Below are positions 24,411-34,559 of a DNA stretch of 37,112 nt, one piece after another. The notes beneath the pieces were generated by a model that did not search any database, had not been told where the DNA came from, and saw only the letters and a program-made list of their open reading frames with translations. The position numbers and the translations under genes were made by a program. How positions within the stretch are numbered: the stretch's first letter is position 1; the number at the start of each line of letters is the position of its first letter. The DNA lies in the NCBI RefSeq assembly GCF_001194135.2, contig NC_068993.1, positions 27,069,393 to 27,106,504 on the forward strand. Reading direction: 5' to 3'. Source of the DNA: Octopus bimaculoides (taxonomy: Eukaryota).

Positions 24411-24653
24411 GTTAATCAAGACGAAGAGCGCGATTCGATTGTATAAATCTCTTATTCGTTGAACAATATTTCGACAGTACGTCTGTTTTTGTCAAGTTCA
24501 AAACCAAAGGTGATTAAAAATATTTAAAATATATTATTATATTAAAATTTAAAATATATTATTATTATTATTATTATTCAGGTCACTGCCTGGAATCGAA
24601 CTCGGAATTTTGGGGTTAGTAGTCCGCGCTCTTAAACTCTAAGGCATATGCCC
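24207..24653 (-). mobile_element. Short element: tRNA-like head, internal (AAT)n with an insert, and Penelope-type tail with hammerhead motif
   Basis: Head GGGCATATGCCTTAGAGTTTAAGAGC...GAGTTCGATTCC (B box), then (AAT)n, then CACCTTATGAAGGCTG...CAGCCGAAACGTTGTG. Confidence 0.75.
24281..24326 (-). ncRNA. Minimal type I hammerhead ribozyme-like motif with a mutated core (CUUAUGA)
   Basis: Stem I GACAC/GUGUU, core CU(U)AUGA plus an extra A, stem II GGCUG/CAGCC, GAAA, palindromic ACGU stem III, cleavage triplet GUU. Confidence 0.65.
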
Positions 24654-24828
24654 GTGGGCATATGGCGTAGTGGTTAAAGCATATTACTCTACCTCTGGTA
24701 TTTGAGTACTCTATTTTCCACCTTGTTTCACATTTATGTGCTTACTCCGGTATNNNNNNNNNNNNNNNNNNNNNNNNNNNNNNNNNNNNNNNNNNNNNNN
24801 NNNNNNNNNNNNNNNNNNNNNNNNNACA

Positions 24829-25140
24829 TACGGTAAATAAGAAAATGGAGAGGATACAAAATGGACAGGCATCAGCCGGTAAACATTCCAGTATGTCTAT
24901 TTATTCCAATGTATTAGAATGTATTTAGATGAATACAAACACATTTATTAGTAGTACAGAATATCAAATGTAAAGAGTCTTGCAATTACCAACTCTTTAT
25001 ATTTGATATGCTGTACTACTAATAAATGTGTTTGTATTCATCTAATACATTCTAATACACTGGAATAAATAGACATACTGGAATGTTTACCGGCTGATGT
25101 CTGTCCATTTTGTATCCTCTCCACTTTCTTATTTGCCGTA
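24829..25140. mobile_element. Fold-back MITE with about 150-bp TIRs and TA flanks (Tc1/mariner/pogo-type TSD)
   Basis: 24828-24978 is the reverse complement of 24992-25141 (6 substitutions, 1 indel); 13-nt loop. Confidence 0.9.
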
Positions 25141-25304
25141 TAAATCAAGGGTAAACCATTTTTACCCCCGCCCGTATATAACACTCAATTGTAAGATTGC
25201 CACGCAATAACTACCACTTGGGTATGAATGACTGGGTACACTACTAACAGTATATTGGATAGGTACTATCCCTTAGTTGGTTACTCAACCTCTACCTCAC
25301 ACAG

Positions 25305-25340
<36 letters not shown>

Positions 25341-26194
25341 NNNNNNNNNNNNNNNNNNNNNNNNNNNNNNNNNNNNNNNNNNNNNNNNNNNNNNNNNNNN
25401 NNNNNNNNNNNNNNNNNNNNNNNNNNNNNNNNNNNNNNNNNNNNNNNNNNNNNNNNNNNNNNNNNNNNNNNNNNNNNNNNNNNNNNNNNNNNNNNNNNNN
25501 NNNNNNNNNNNNNNNNNNNNNNNNNNNNNNNNNNNNNNNNNNNNNNNNNNNNNNNNNNNNNNNNNNNNNNNNNNNNNNNNNNNNNNNNNNNNNNNNNNNN
25601 NNNNNNNNNNNNNNNNNNNNNNNNNNNNNNNNNNNNNNNNNNNNNNNNNNNNNNNNNNNNNNNNNNNNNNNNNNNNNNNNNNNNNNNNNNNNNNNNNNNN
25701 NNNNNNNNNNNNNNNNNNNNNNNNNNNNNNNNNNNNNNNNNNNNNNNNNNNNNNNNNNNNNNNNNNNNNNNNNNNNNNNNNNNNNNNNNNNNNNNNNNNN
25801 NNNNNNNNNNNNNNNNNNNNNNNNNNNNNNNNNNNNNNNNNNNNNNNNNNNNNNNNNNNNNNNNNNNNNNNNNNNNNNNNNNNNNNNNNNNNNNNNNNNN
25901 NNNNNNNNNNNNNNNNNNNNNNNNNNNNNNNNNNNNNNNNNNNNNNNNNNNNNNNNNNNNNNNNNNNNNNNNNNNNNNNNNNNNNNNNNNNNNNNNNNNN
26001 NNNNNNNNNNNNNNNNNNNNNNNNNNNNNNNNNNNNNNNNNNNNNNNNNNNNNNNNNNNNNNNNNNNNNNNNNNNNNNNNNNNNNNNNNNNNNNNNNNNN
26101 NNNNNNNNNNNNNNNNNNNNNNNNNNNNNNNNNNNNNNNNNNNNNNNNNNNNNNNNNNNNNNNNNNNNNNNNNNNNNNNNNNNNNNNNNNNNNN

Positions 26195-26215
<21 letters not shown>

Positions 26216-26225
<10 letters not shown>

Positions 26226-26453
26226 AGGTTACACAAAATTAGGTTTACAGTTATTCAACTATCTCTTTCACATTTATATATTTACACTTTAAATTTTAAT
26301 AATGAAAAAAAAAATGAAACTGTTATTCTATGCTAATTTAGTTGATTGTAAGATAGAAATTTAAATGTAATAAAATGTTTTAAAAGAAATTTAAAGTGCT
26401 TATGAGCCACCCTGTATATGAATTTAAAGTGCTTTTGGGCCACCCTGTATATG
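26216..26453. mobile_element. Tc1/mariner-type MITE remnant with a tandemly duplicated right end (26388-26420, 26421-26453)
   Basis: Two 33-bp units AATTTAAAGTGCTTWTGRGCCACCCTGTATATG (reverse complement TACAGGGTGGC..). Degenerate left end ACAAGGTTACACAAAATTAGGTTTACAGTT. Confidence 0.6.
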
Positions 26454-27128
26454 ATTGTATATGTATGTATGCTTGTGTGTATTATACATGCACATAAACA
26501 CACAGACACGCACACACGCACGCACGCATACACACATGCACGCACACACACACGCACGCAAGCACACACACGCACGCACACACACATACGCGCGCGCACA
26601 CATATATATATATACATATTATAAATACATACACATAAACACATATACGTACATATATTGATGAAAAACCATGCTGGTCAATTTTTTGAATAGAGGTTTA
26701 CGTCGTAGTGTGTTTGTTTGTAGGGTTTCGGCATATTGTGGATTGCACGCCTAAAGTTTATATCTAGGTGGGTGGGTGTGGCAACGAAGCAGACATAATC
26801 CATTCGGCAGAGAGGAGGCAGAAACACTTCAGGTCATAGCGACATTATATAAGGGCCGGGCCCCCTACCTTCAGTCTGGAATCTAGGTTAATGTTTAAAC
26901 AACGAATTGGGTAACTTTTACAGTTATACGAATATAACATAAGCATACATTCATACTAATGCAAACACACACTTTGTATATACATGTATGCATATCTATA
27001 ATGTATCGCGCACAACTATGTATGTGTTTGTGTTGGCTTTGAGGTGGGAACGAATGAGCTTTCTCTGTATGCGAGTATGACTACCAGCAAGTTGTGCTTG
27101 TTAAACCTGTGTACCATTTGTGCTGTCT

Positions 27129-27160
<32 letters not shown>

Positions 27161-27263
27161 TTTACTGGGTGTTTAACATAAAAGTCAGTCGATATATTTG
27201 TCAGTAGTAGTACAGCAGATACGCAGTGAAACCTATATACAAATGCTCTGATGTACATACGTA

Positions 27264-27299
<36 letters not shown>

Positions 27300-27882
27300 T
27301 GTACATATATGACACACACGCACACACATACATATATATGTGCATGCGCGCGCGCACACCTACACATACCTATACAGATACATTATACACGTACATCTGC
27401 ACGAATACAGGAGTCTCAGCATATATTAAGACATGCATTCATATTCACTGCAAAAAAAATAATGCTTCGAAACACACACGAACGTACACTCATTCACGTA
27501 TATCAATCTAGATGCACACACTTTCTTGTGTGTCTGTGTATGTTTGCGTATGTGTGTACGTGTTTGTGTATGCATCTGCGTGTAAGTGGGTCCCATGATT
27601 TCACATGTTCCAGTTTTGTGTTTCTTATTATGTGTACTCACGAGTATGTGTAATCGTGTAAGTTGATGTATTTGGTTACGAAACTGTTATTTTAATTTGT
27701 CAGCGTACATACGTGTGTGATTACGTTAATATCCACACACGCACATACACACACACGCACATACACACACACGCACATACACACACACGCACACACACAC
27801 ACGAAAACGTGTGCATGTGTGGGGTGCGAAGGTTGTGTAGAGGTGCGAAGACTGTGTGTGTGTGCGTGTGTTTAAATTTTTT

Positions 27883-28082
27883 TTTACTTGTTTCAGTCAT
27901 TTGACTGCGGTCATGTTGGAGTAACGCCTTTAGTCGAAGAAATCAACTCCAGGACTTATTCTTTTTAAGCCTAGTACTCATTCTATTGGTCTTTTTTTGC
28001 CGAGCCGCTAAGTTACGGGGACGTAAACACACCTACATCGGTTGTTAAGCGATGTTGGGAGGACAAACACAGACACACCAAT
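27883..28082 (-). mobile_element. SINE (same family as 11777-11958)
   Basis: TTTACTTGTTTCAGTCATTTGACTGCGG...GCCGAGCCGCTAAGTTACGGGGACGTAAAC...GGACAAACACAGACAC. Confidence 0.88.
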
Positions 28083-28083
28083 A

Positions 28084-28126
<43 letters not shown>

Positions 28127-28192
28127 GTTTAACGTCCATCTTCCACNNNNNNNNNNNNNNNTGTTGGGAGGACAAACACAGACACACCAATA

Positions 28193-28235
<43 letters not shown>

Positions 28236-28640
28236 GTTTAACGTCCATCTTCCACGCATGCATGGGTAGGACAGTTGACAGGAGCCGGCCAGGTAGAAAA
28301 TTTACCCAAGTCTATTGTGTCTGTTTTGGCAGTGATTTTACGGCTGGATGCCCTTCCTAATACCCAAAACACCGCAAAGTGAACTCAGTGCTTTTTACAT
28401 GACGCTACCACAGGCAAAGTTAGTTTTGGCAAGATTCTTACAGCTGGATTTCCTTCTAGACGCCAACCACGTTACAGTATGGACTGAATGCTTTTAACGT
28501 GGCACCAGCACTGGCAGGGTAACCTCGTAACTCACAAGACAAAGAGTTCTGAGAGGAGCAGGGCATTTGTGTCAGAGGATGACAGTTAGAGTGTGACAAA
28601 GAGACAGAGAAACAGAAGCAAGTGTCTTGCCACAACAGAG
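28083..28640 (-). mobile_element. RTE-tail type SINE or LINE 3' end with a (GAT)n tail and a duplicated GCTGGATGCCCTTCCTAA core
   Basis: (CAT)nCGTTTAACGTCC terminus; core motif at about 28342 and 28442. Confidence 0.65.
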
Positions 28641-28829
28641 GGAGCATTAGAGGAGATGACCCAGTATCAAATGATGAAAGGTTAGAGTGTTACAGAGAAA
28701 TACAGAGGCAGAAATCTGTTTTACTATAGAGGCGGTACATGGTTACCCAGTGAGAGGCCAGAAACATGTATGCTGATGTAAAGGTGATATTTGGTTACCT
28801 AGTCAGAGGAAAAACAAAAGAAGGAGAGG

Positions 28830-28940
28830 GAGAGAGAGATCAAAGGAAAAGAGAGAGAGAGAGATCAAAGGAAAAGAGAGAGAGAGATCAAAGGAAGAGA
28901 GAGAGAGAGATCAAAGGAAAAGAGAGAGAGAGATCAAAGG

Positions 28941-28995
<55 letters not shown>
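28830..28995. repeat. Five copies of TCAAAGGAA(AA) embedded in (GA)n, ending in pure (GA)n
   Basis: Directly visible. Confidence 0.9.
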
Positions 28996-28998
<3 letters not shown>

Positions 28999-29299
28999 GA
29001 AACAGCAAAAGTGTATGAGAGAGCAGAAGAGAGAGGGTGTTGTGCTAGAGTATACTCACAAGTAACAAGAATATGAGCGTAAAACCTGGATAGAAAAATA
29101 GGCAGTGGGGGTGGGGAGTAGTGACAAGTAAGCACAGCAGTGAGGGCAAGAAAGGGGAGTGGAAAACAATCATAATGCACGAGGAGGAAATGTGAGAAAG
29201 AGAAAGGTGCCGTTAGAAGAGGAGTTGTAGTTTGATTTCTTAGGGTAGAGTGGCTGAAAAGTGTGTTGTTACATGTGGGTGGGACACAACTTTTCTAGC

Positions 29300-29580
29300 A
29301 CACAGTTTCGTGGACGGGTCTTCCCTAGGACCTCATATCGTCAAATATCTCGGTCTACTGTCATTTCCTTTGTGAGCCCCAACACCCTAAGATCAGTTCT
29401 CACCACTTCATCCCATGTCATCCTGGATCTCCCTCTTTCACAAGTACCATCAACTGTCAGCGTACTTCTGTATACAGCTGTCTTCACTCATACGCATCAC
29501 ATGTCCAAACCACCGCAGCCTCCTCCTCTGCATACCACATTTAATCCCTCTTACGCCTAAATTTTCTCTCAATACAGTTG
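29300..29580 (-). mobile_element. RTE-clade LINE 3' end (ORF2 C-terminus)
   Basis: LREKLGVRGIKCGMQRRRLRWFGHVMRMSEDSC matches the RTE RRLRWFGHV.R signature. Confidence 0.85.
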
Positions 29581-29618
29581 TGCCTTTGTCAGTCATGCAC
29601 ACTGACCGACATATATAC

Positions 29619-29783
29619 ACGACGGGCTTCTTTCAGTTTCTGTCTACCAAATCCATTCACAAGGCTTTGGTCGGTCCGAAGCTATAGTAGAAAACACTCG
29701 TCCAAGGTGTCACGGAGTGGGACTGAACCCGGAACCATGTGGTTAGGAAGCAAGCTTCTTACCACACAGCCATTCCTGCGCCT
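29619..29783 (-). mobile_element. Full-length tRNA-derived SINE
   Basis: Minus strand AGGCGCAGGAATGGCTGTGTGG (A box), GGGTTCAGTCCC (B box), ...GAAAGAAGCCCGTCGTG(TA)n; flanked by (TAGA)n. Confidence 0.9.
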
Positions 29784-30672
29784 AGATAGATAGATAGATA
29801 GATATATAGATAGATAGATATATAGATAGATAGAAAGATAGATATTTAGATAGATAGATAGATATGAATGTTTGTGCGTGTGTGTGTTTGTACATATATA
29901 TATATGTANNNNNNNNNNNNNNNNNNNNNNNNNNNNNNNNNNNNNNNNNNNNNNNNNNNNNNNNNNNNNNNNNNNNNNNNNNNNNNNNNNNNNNNNNNNN
30001 NNNNNNNNNNNNNNNNNNNNNNNNNNNNNNNNNNNNNNNNNNNNNNNNNNNNNNNNNNNNNNNNNNNNNNNNNNNNNNNNNNNNNNNNNNNNNNNNNNNN
30101 NNNNNNNNNNNNNNNNNNNNNNNNNNNNNNNNNNNNNNNNNNNNNNNNNNNNNNNNNNNNNNNNNNNNNNNNNNNNNNNNNAACCATGCTGCGTACTGAT
30201 TCGTGCTTCATATGTTGTCTGGTCAATTCTGCTGACGATAGTCCGACCTTGTAAGATATAATCTTTATCTTACTAAAATTGACTTGAAACCATGGTACAG
30301 AATATAGATTGGTAAAAGTTTTTATTTTTCATTTCCTTTCGAAATTATCCCTAACTTTTGTGGTATGTAGTCTTTTGCTGCCATTTCTAGCGAGTAGATG
30401 TCCTATTATAGGCATCTCTGCATTTTAAATGAATAATACATAGTCTATTGACTGTTTTTTTACTCTCGCTAGACCACTGGTGGTAAATAAAATTTCTAAA
30501 ATTTTTTTACTACCCTATAATTTATTAATAATGATATATACATATATAGATAGATAGATAGGTAGATAGATAGATAGATAGATAGATATACATCTGTTGG
30601 AAGTGTTATATTTAACTGAATCATTTTCACGTACATTTTCTGTACGTCGGTACAGGCTGCATTTGAACTTAC

Positions 30673-30785
30673 AACCAATTTCTTAGTTACGCATTCAAAG
30701 AATTCGTCGCGAATCAGTTCAGAGATTGCGCGTGCAAGTGTGTGTTTGAGCTTGTCTTCAAATTTTGCAATATATGTGTGTATTA
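30673..30785 (-). CDS. Candidate host-gene exon (113 nt, phase 1-0), peptide IHTYIAKFEDKLKHTLARAISELIRDEFFECVTKKLV, product unknown
   Basis: Acceptor TATTTATTTCAATAG, perfect donor GTAAGT, open frame with protein-like charged helical composition, unique island between microsatellites. Confidence 0.45.
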
Positions 30786-31579
30786 CTATTGAAATAAATA
30801 TACATATGACTACATGAATATCTTAAGTGTATGTGTATACTCTCAGTGTACATATGCATATGTATTTTCATGTCTGTCCTCTTTACACTAGTCCCATTGA
30901 CAGTCTATTTCAACCACCCACTTCTTCCATCTGCCACAACGCTGTAACTCAGTGTTTCAAAACTATTCAAGACTCCACAACCATAGCATTCTGTGTAGAT
31001 ATATTTCCAGTAAACACAGCGCTTTCTCTTCTACTGCCATTTCATTGGAATTTATTTTTGCATTTACTTATTTATTGTTAAATATTTATATTGAGAGAAT
31101 GGGGTAGGGAGTTAAGGAACTGTAAACCAAAACTTTTCACTGTGCTCGCTAATCAGCTGGCTTCTTATCTGCTAAACACATGCACACCCTTATGTATAGT
31201 TGTGCGTACATACATAGATGCATACACAATTATATATATATATTTGTAGGTATGCGAGTGTGTGTGTGAAAGACAGAGAGTGAGTGAGTGAGTAAGAGAG
31301 AGTGAGTGAGAGAAAGAGAGGTTTGGATGTATAAACGGGTGAAAGTGTTCCCAATGCATGTAGTTAATTCGTTTGAAACTAATTTTCATTCTGTTGCCCT
31401 TCATCTTTTTCTTGCATTAAGGACATAGTAAGAAACTGTGTAGGAGAGGAGAGGACCATCACCTTTGAACACAAACGCACGTGTGTGTGTTTGTATGTGT
31501 AAGAATGTAAGTATGTATATGTGCATAAGTGTACACACGTACACACACACACACAAACAAGCACACGCACACATACACC

Positions 31580-31645
31580 AGGCAACTGTGTGGTTAAGAC
31601 GTTTGCTTCACGACCACGTATTCCCTGGTTTTAGTACACTGGCAA
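31580..31645 (+). mobile_element. Degraded SINE head (family of 29619-29783)
   Basis: CTGTGTGGTTAAGACGTTTGCTTCACGACCACG resembles CTGTGTGGTAAGAAGCTTGCTTCCTAACCAC. Confidence 0.45.
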
Positions 31646-32715
31646 ACTATGTTAAAAATTAATGCAACCTACTCAATAATTTGAGTCCCGTGAAAAAGAA
31701 AAAGAAATAGCATCAACGTTTTGGGCATAGCAAATGGATAAAGTTGTGACGGATACCAGAACTAGGTGTATGAAGGACGGGGGTCACCAATAAGCAAAAC
31801 GAATTGGTAGCAACTGGTAGGTGTTGGCTAGTATGTATGAGCTTGGCGGTTATTTGTGTGTTGGTGATTTATCTGTGAATCGTATAGTAGGAATATGTGT
31901 AAGTCTGTATGTATAGGAAATAGCGGAAATACTTTGAAACGATGCAGAACTAAAACAGAAATAGTGAAACAACAAAATGTACTATATTTCATTAATACGG
32001 TTCACTGTAGTTAATATGTGTGTATAAACGCTATAGAAGAGCATGCACTTTTTGTTACTCGTGTTTCAATGACCCACTCAACTAGGAAATAGCTGAAAGG
32101 TGTTCCAATTTCTAGGAGTTTCTATGGGAGAGAGAAAGTGAAAGAGCAAACCTACTCAAGCAGTTTCTAGCTGACTGATTGATACCCACTGAATTTCTCG
32201 AATGTGTCATTGTAGACTTAACTAAAAAGCATCGAGTCATCTAGATCATATCTAGATAATTTCTTCAGTTAGTTTATAATTTCCGTTGGGTGTATACAAT
32301 TTCGGTTACAATGGTGAGCTGCAGGGCAAGTCTAGATAGAATAAATAGACACAGGGTCATTTATTGGTAATTGAAAGCACTGTTTCAGAAGCAGAAAGGT
32401 TACAAAGACAGGATTAGTAATGAGATATGAAGGTGTTGGCAACTGGATTAGATGAGATAATCAGAAAAAGTATAGTGACCCACGTGATAGCCACAAAGAG
32501 GGTTGTATTGTCAAACTCAAGGCACATACTACAAGACAATAGAATAAAAGCCGCTCAATGGGCGGCCTGAGTGACAGAAGTATGATGTGGAAACAAAAAT
32601 GCTCTTACCGTTGGTCAAAATGATTTCCAACCCTTCTCTGGTGCATAACCTACATGGCCACTCCCACCCCCGTAAGGTACTATGTGCCCCAATACCAACA
32701 AACACATGTCATAAC

Positions 32716-32815
32716 TAACCCTATTATCGTTCAATTTATGGACATATGTTAGTGACGTAGAGTGCCTCCATCTTGGGAGTGCTTATGCACCGAAATGTGT
32801 TGCTTAATAGGGTTA
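32716..32815. mobile_element. 100-bp mini-MITE with piggyBac-like ends
   Basis: Perfect 11-bp IR TAACCCTATTA / TAATAGGGTTA; TTAA at the right end and CTAA at the left. Confidence 0.55.
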
Positions 32816-32866
32816 ATAATGACTCCTATGTAAAACTTATTGGGATGCGTAACCACCTCACATTTA

Positions 32867-32902
32867 TCTATATATATAAAAATGAGAATGTGTGTGTGTG
32901 TG

Positions 32903-32933
<31 letters not shown>

Positions 32934-34519
32934 GTGAATCCCTAAAACTCGAGAACTACGCAACCAATTTCATTCAAATTTTACACATGCCTTACTTAGG
33001 GTTCCAGTTGTGTTTTAGTAAAAAAAAAATTATTAACTTCTTGCAGAGTTCGAGCACACGGCAACATAATATCTCCTCCACTATTTAAGTATTACGTGTC
33101 AAAAGTGAAACAAAAACACTCATGTCAAATACTTTCACTTTAAAAATGAAACTATTCCACTAACTGAAACAATCACATTTCGATACTGTAGTGACAGATA
33201 CTTTCACAGAGAGAGAAANNNNNNNNNNNNNNNNNNNNNNNNNNNNNNNNNNNNNNNNNNNNNNNNNNNNNNNNNNNNNNNNNNNNNNNNNNNNNNNNNN
33301 NNNNNNNNNNNNNNNNNNNNNNNNNNNNNNNNNNNNNNNNNNNNNNNNNNNNNNNNNNNNNNNNNNNNNNNNNNNNNNNNNNNNNNNNNNNNNNNNNNNN
33401 NNNNNNNNNNNNNNNNNNNNNNNNNNNNNNNNNNNNNNNNNNNNNNNNNNNNNNNNNNNNNNNNNNNNNNNNNNNNNNNNNNNNNNNNNNNNNNNNNNNN
33501 NNNNNNNNNNNNNNNNNNNNNNNNNNNNNNNNNNNNNNNNNNNNNNNNNNNNNNNNNNNNNNNNNNNNNNNNNNNNNNNNNNNNNNNNNNNNNNNNNNNN
33601 NNNNNNNNNNNNNNNNNNNNNNNNNNNNNNNNNNNNNNNNNNNNNNNNNNNNNNNNNNNNNNNNNNNNNNNNNNNNNNNNNNNNNNNNNNNNNNNNNNNN
33701 NNNNNNNNNNNNNNNNNNNNNNNNNNNNNNNNNNNNNNNNNNNNNNNNNNNNNNNNNNNNNNNNNNNNNNNNNNNNNNNNNNNNNNNNNNNNNNNNNNNN
33801 NNNNNNNNNNNNNNNNNNNNNNNNNNNNNNNNNNNNNNNNNNNNNNNNNNNNNNNNNNNNNNNNNNNNNNNNNNNNNNNNNNNNNNNNNNNNNNNNNNNN
33901 NNNNNNNNNNNNNNNNNNNNNNNNNNNNNNNNNNNNNNNNNNNNNNNNNNNNNNNNNNNNNNNNNNNNNNNNNNNNNNNNNNNNNNNNNNNNNNNNNNNN
34001 NNNNNNNNNNNNNNNNNNNNNNNNNNNNNNNNNNNNNNNNNNNNNNNNNNNNNNNNNNNNNNNNNNNNNNNNNNNNNNNNNNNNNNNNNNNNNNNNNNNN
34101 NNNNNNNNNNNNNNNNNNNNNNNNNNNNNNNNNNNNNNNNNNNNNNNNNNNNNNNNNNNNNNNNNNNNNNNNCTTCTCTTGGAAGAGCCCTGCTTCTCAC
34201 ATGGACAACTGTATGTTGGCTGCTCAAGAGTGGGCAACAACAAAAAAACCTATTTGTATATGCTCCACAAGGGAAAACAAGGAACATAGTTTACAATGAG
34301 GTGTTATAATCACAACAGCAAGAAAGTATGTACATGATCACCTTCTTTTACGAAACTTCATTGACTTTCATATATTTATATTGATATACATATATATACG
34401 TGTGTTTGGGTGCGTGTGTGTATATACATCTCTATATATAAAGATGATGCGTAGTCTAGACGGCGTTTTTAGATTTCATTATTCTCTTTAACCCGGGCAA
34501 CGCCGGGTATTTCTGCTAG
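32867..34519 (+). mobile_element. Helitron (non-autonomous, interrupted by a gap) retaining the Pif1 helicase C-terminus
   Basis: 5' A|TCTATATATATAAAAATG with (TCTG)n; 3' hairpin ACCCGG-GCAACG-CCGGGT (34491-34508) then CTAG|T. Confidence 0.85.
34174..34309 (+). pseudogene. Helitron RepHel Pif1-family helicase C-terminal fragment
   Basis: LEEPCFSHGQLYVGCSRVG, frameshift in an A-run, then KNLFVYAPQGKTRNIVYNEVL*. Confidence 0.9.
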
Positions 34520-34559
34520 TATACAATATTGGTGTGTATATGCACATTGATGTATGCAT

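Noticed and set aside
28055-28252. Direct duplication of about 92 bp on both sides of a 15-N gap
   Set aside because: Typical uncollapsed contig overlap (assembly artefact).
32100-32600. Faint RT-like phrases (IPTEFLECVIV, DMKVLATGLDEII)
   Set aside because: Too degraded and stop-ridden to assign a family.
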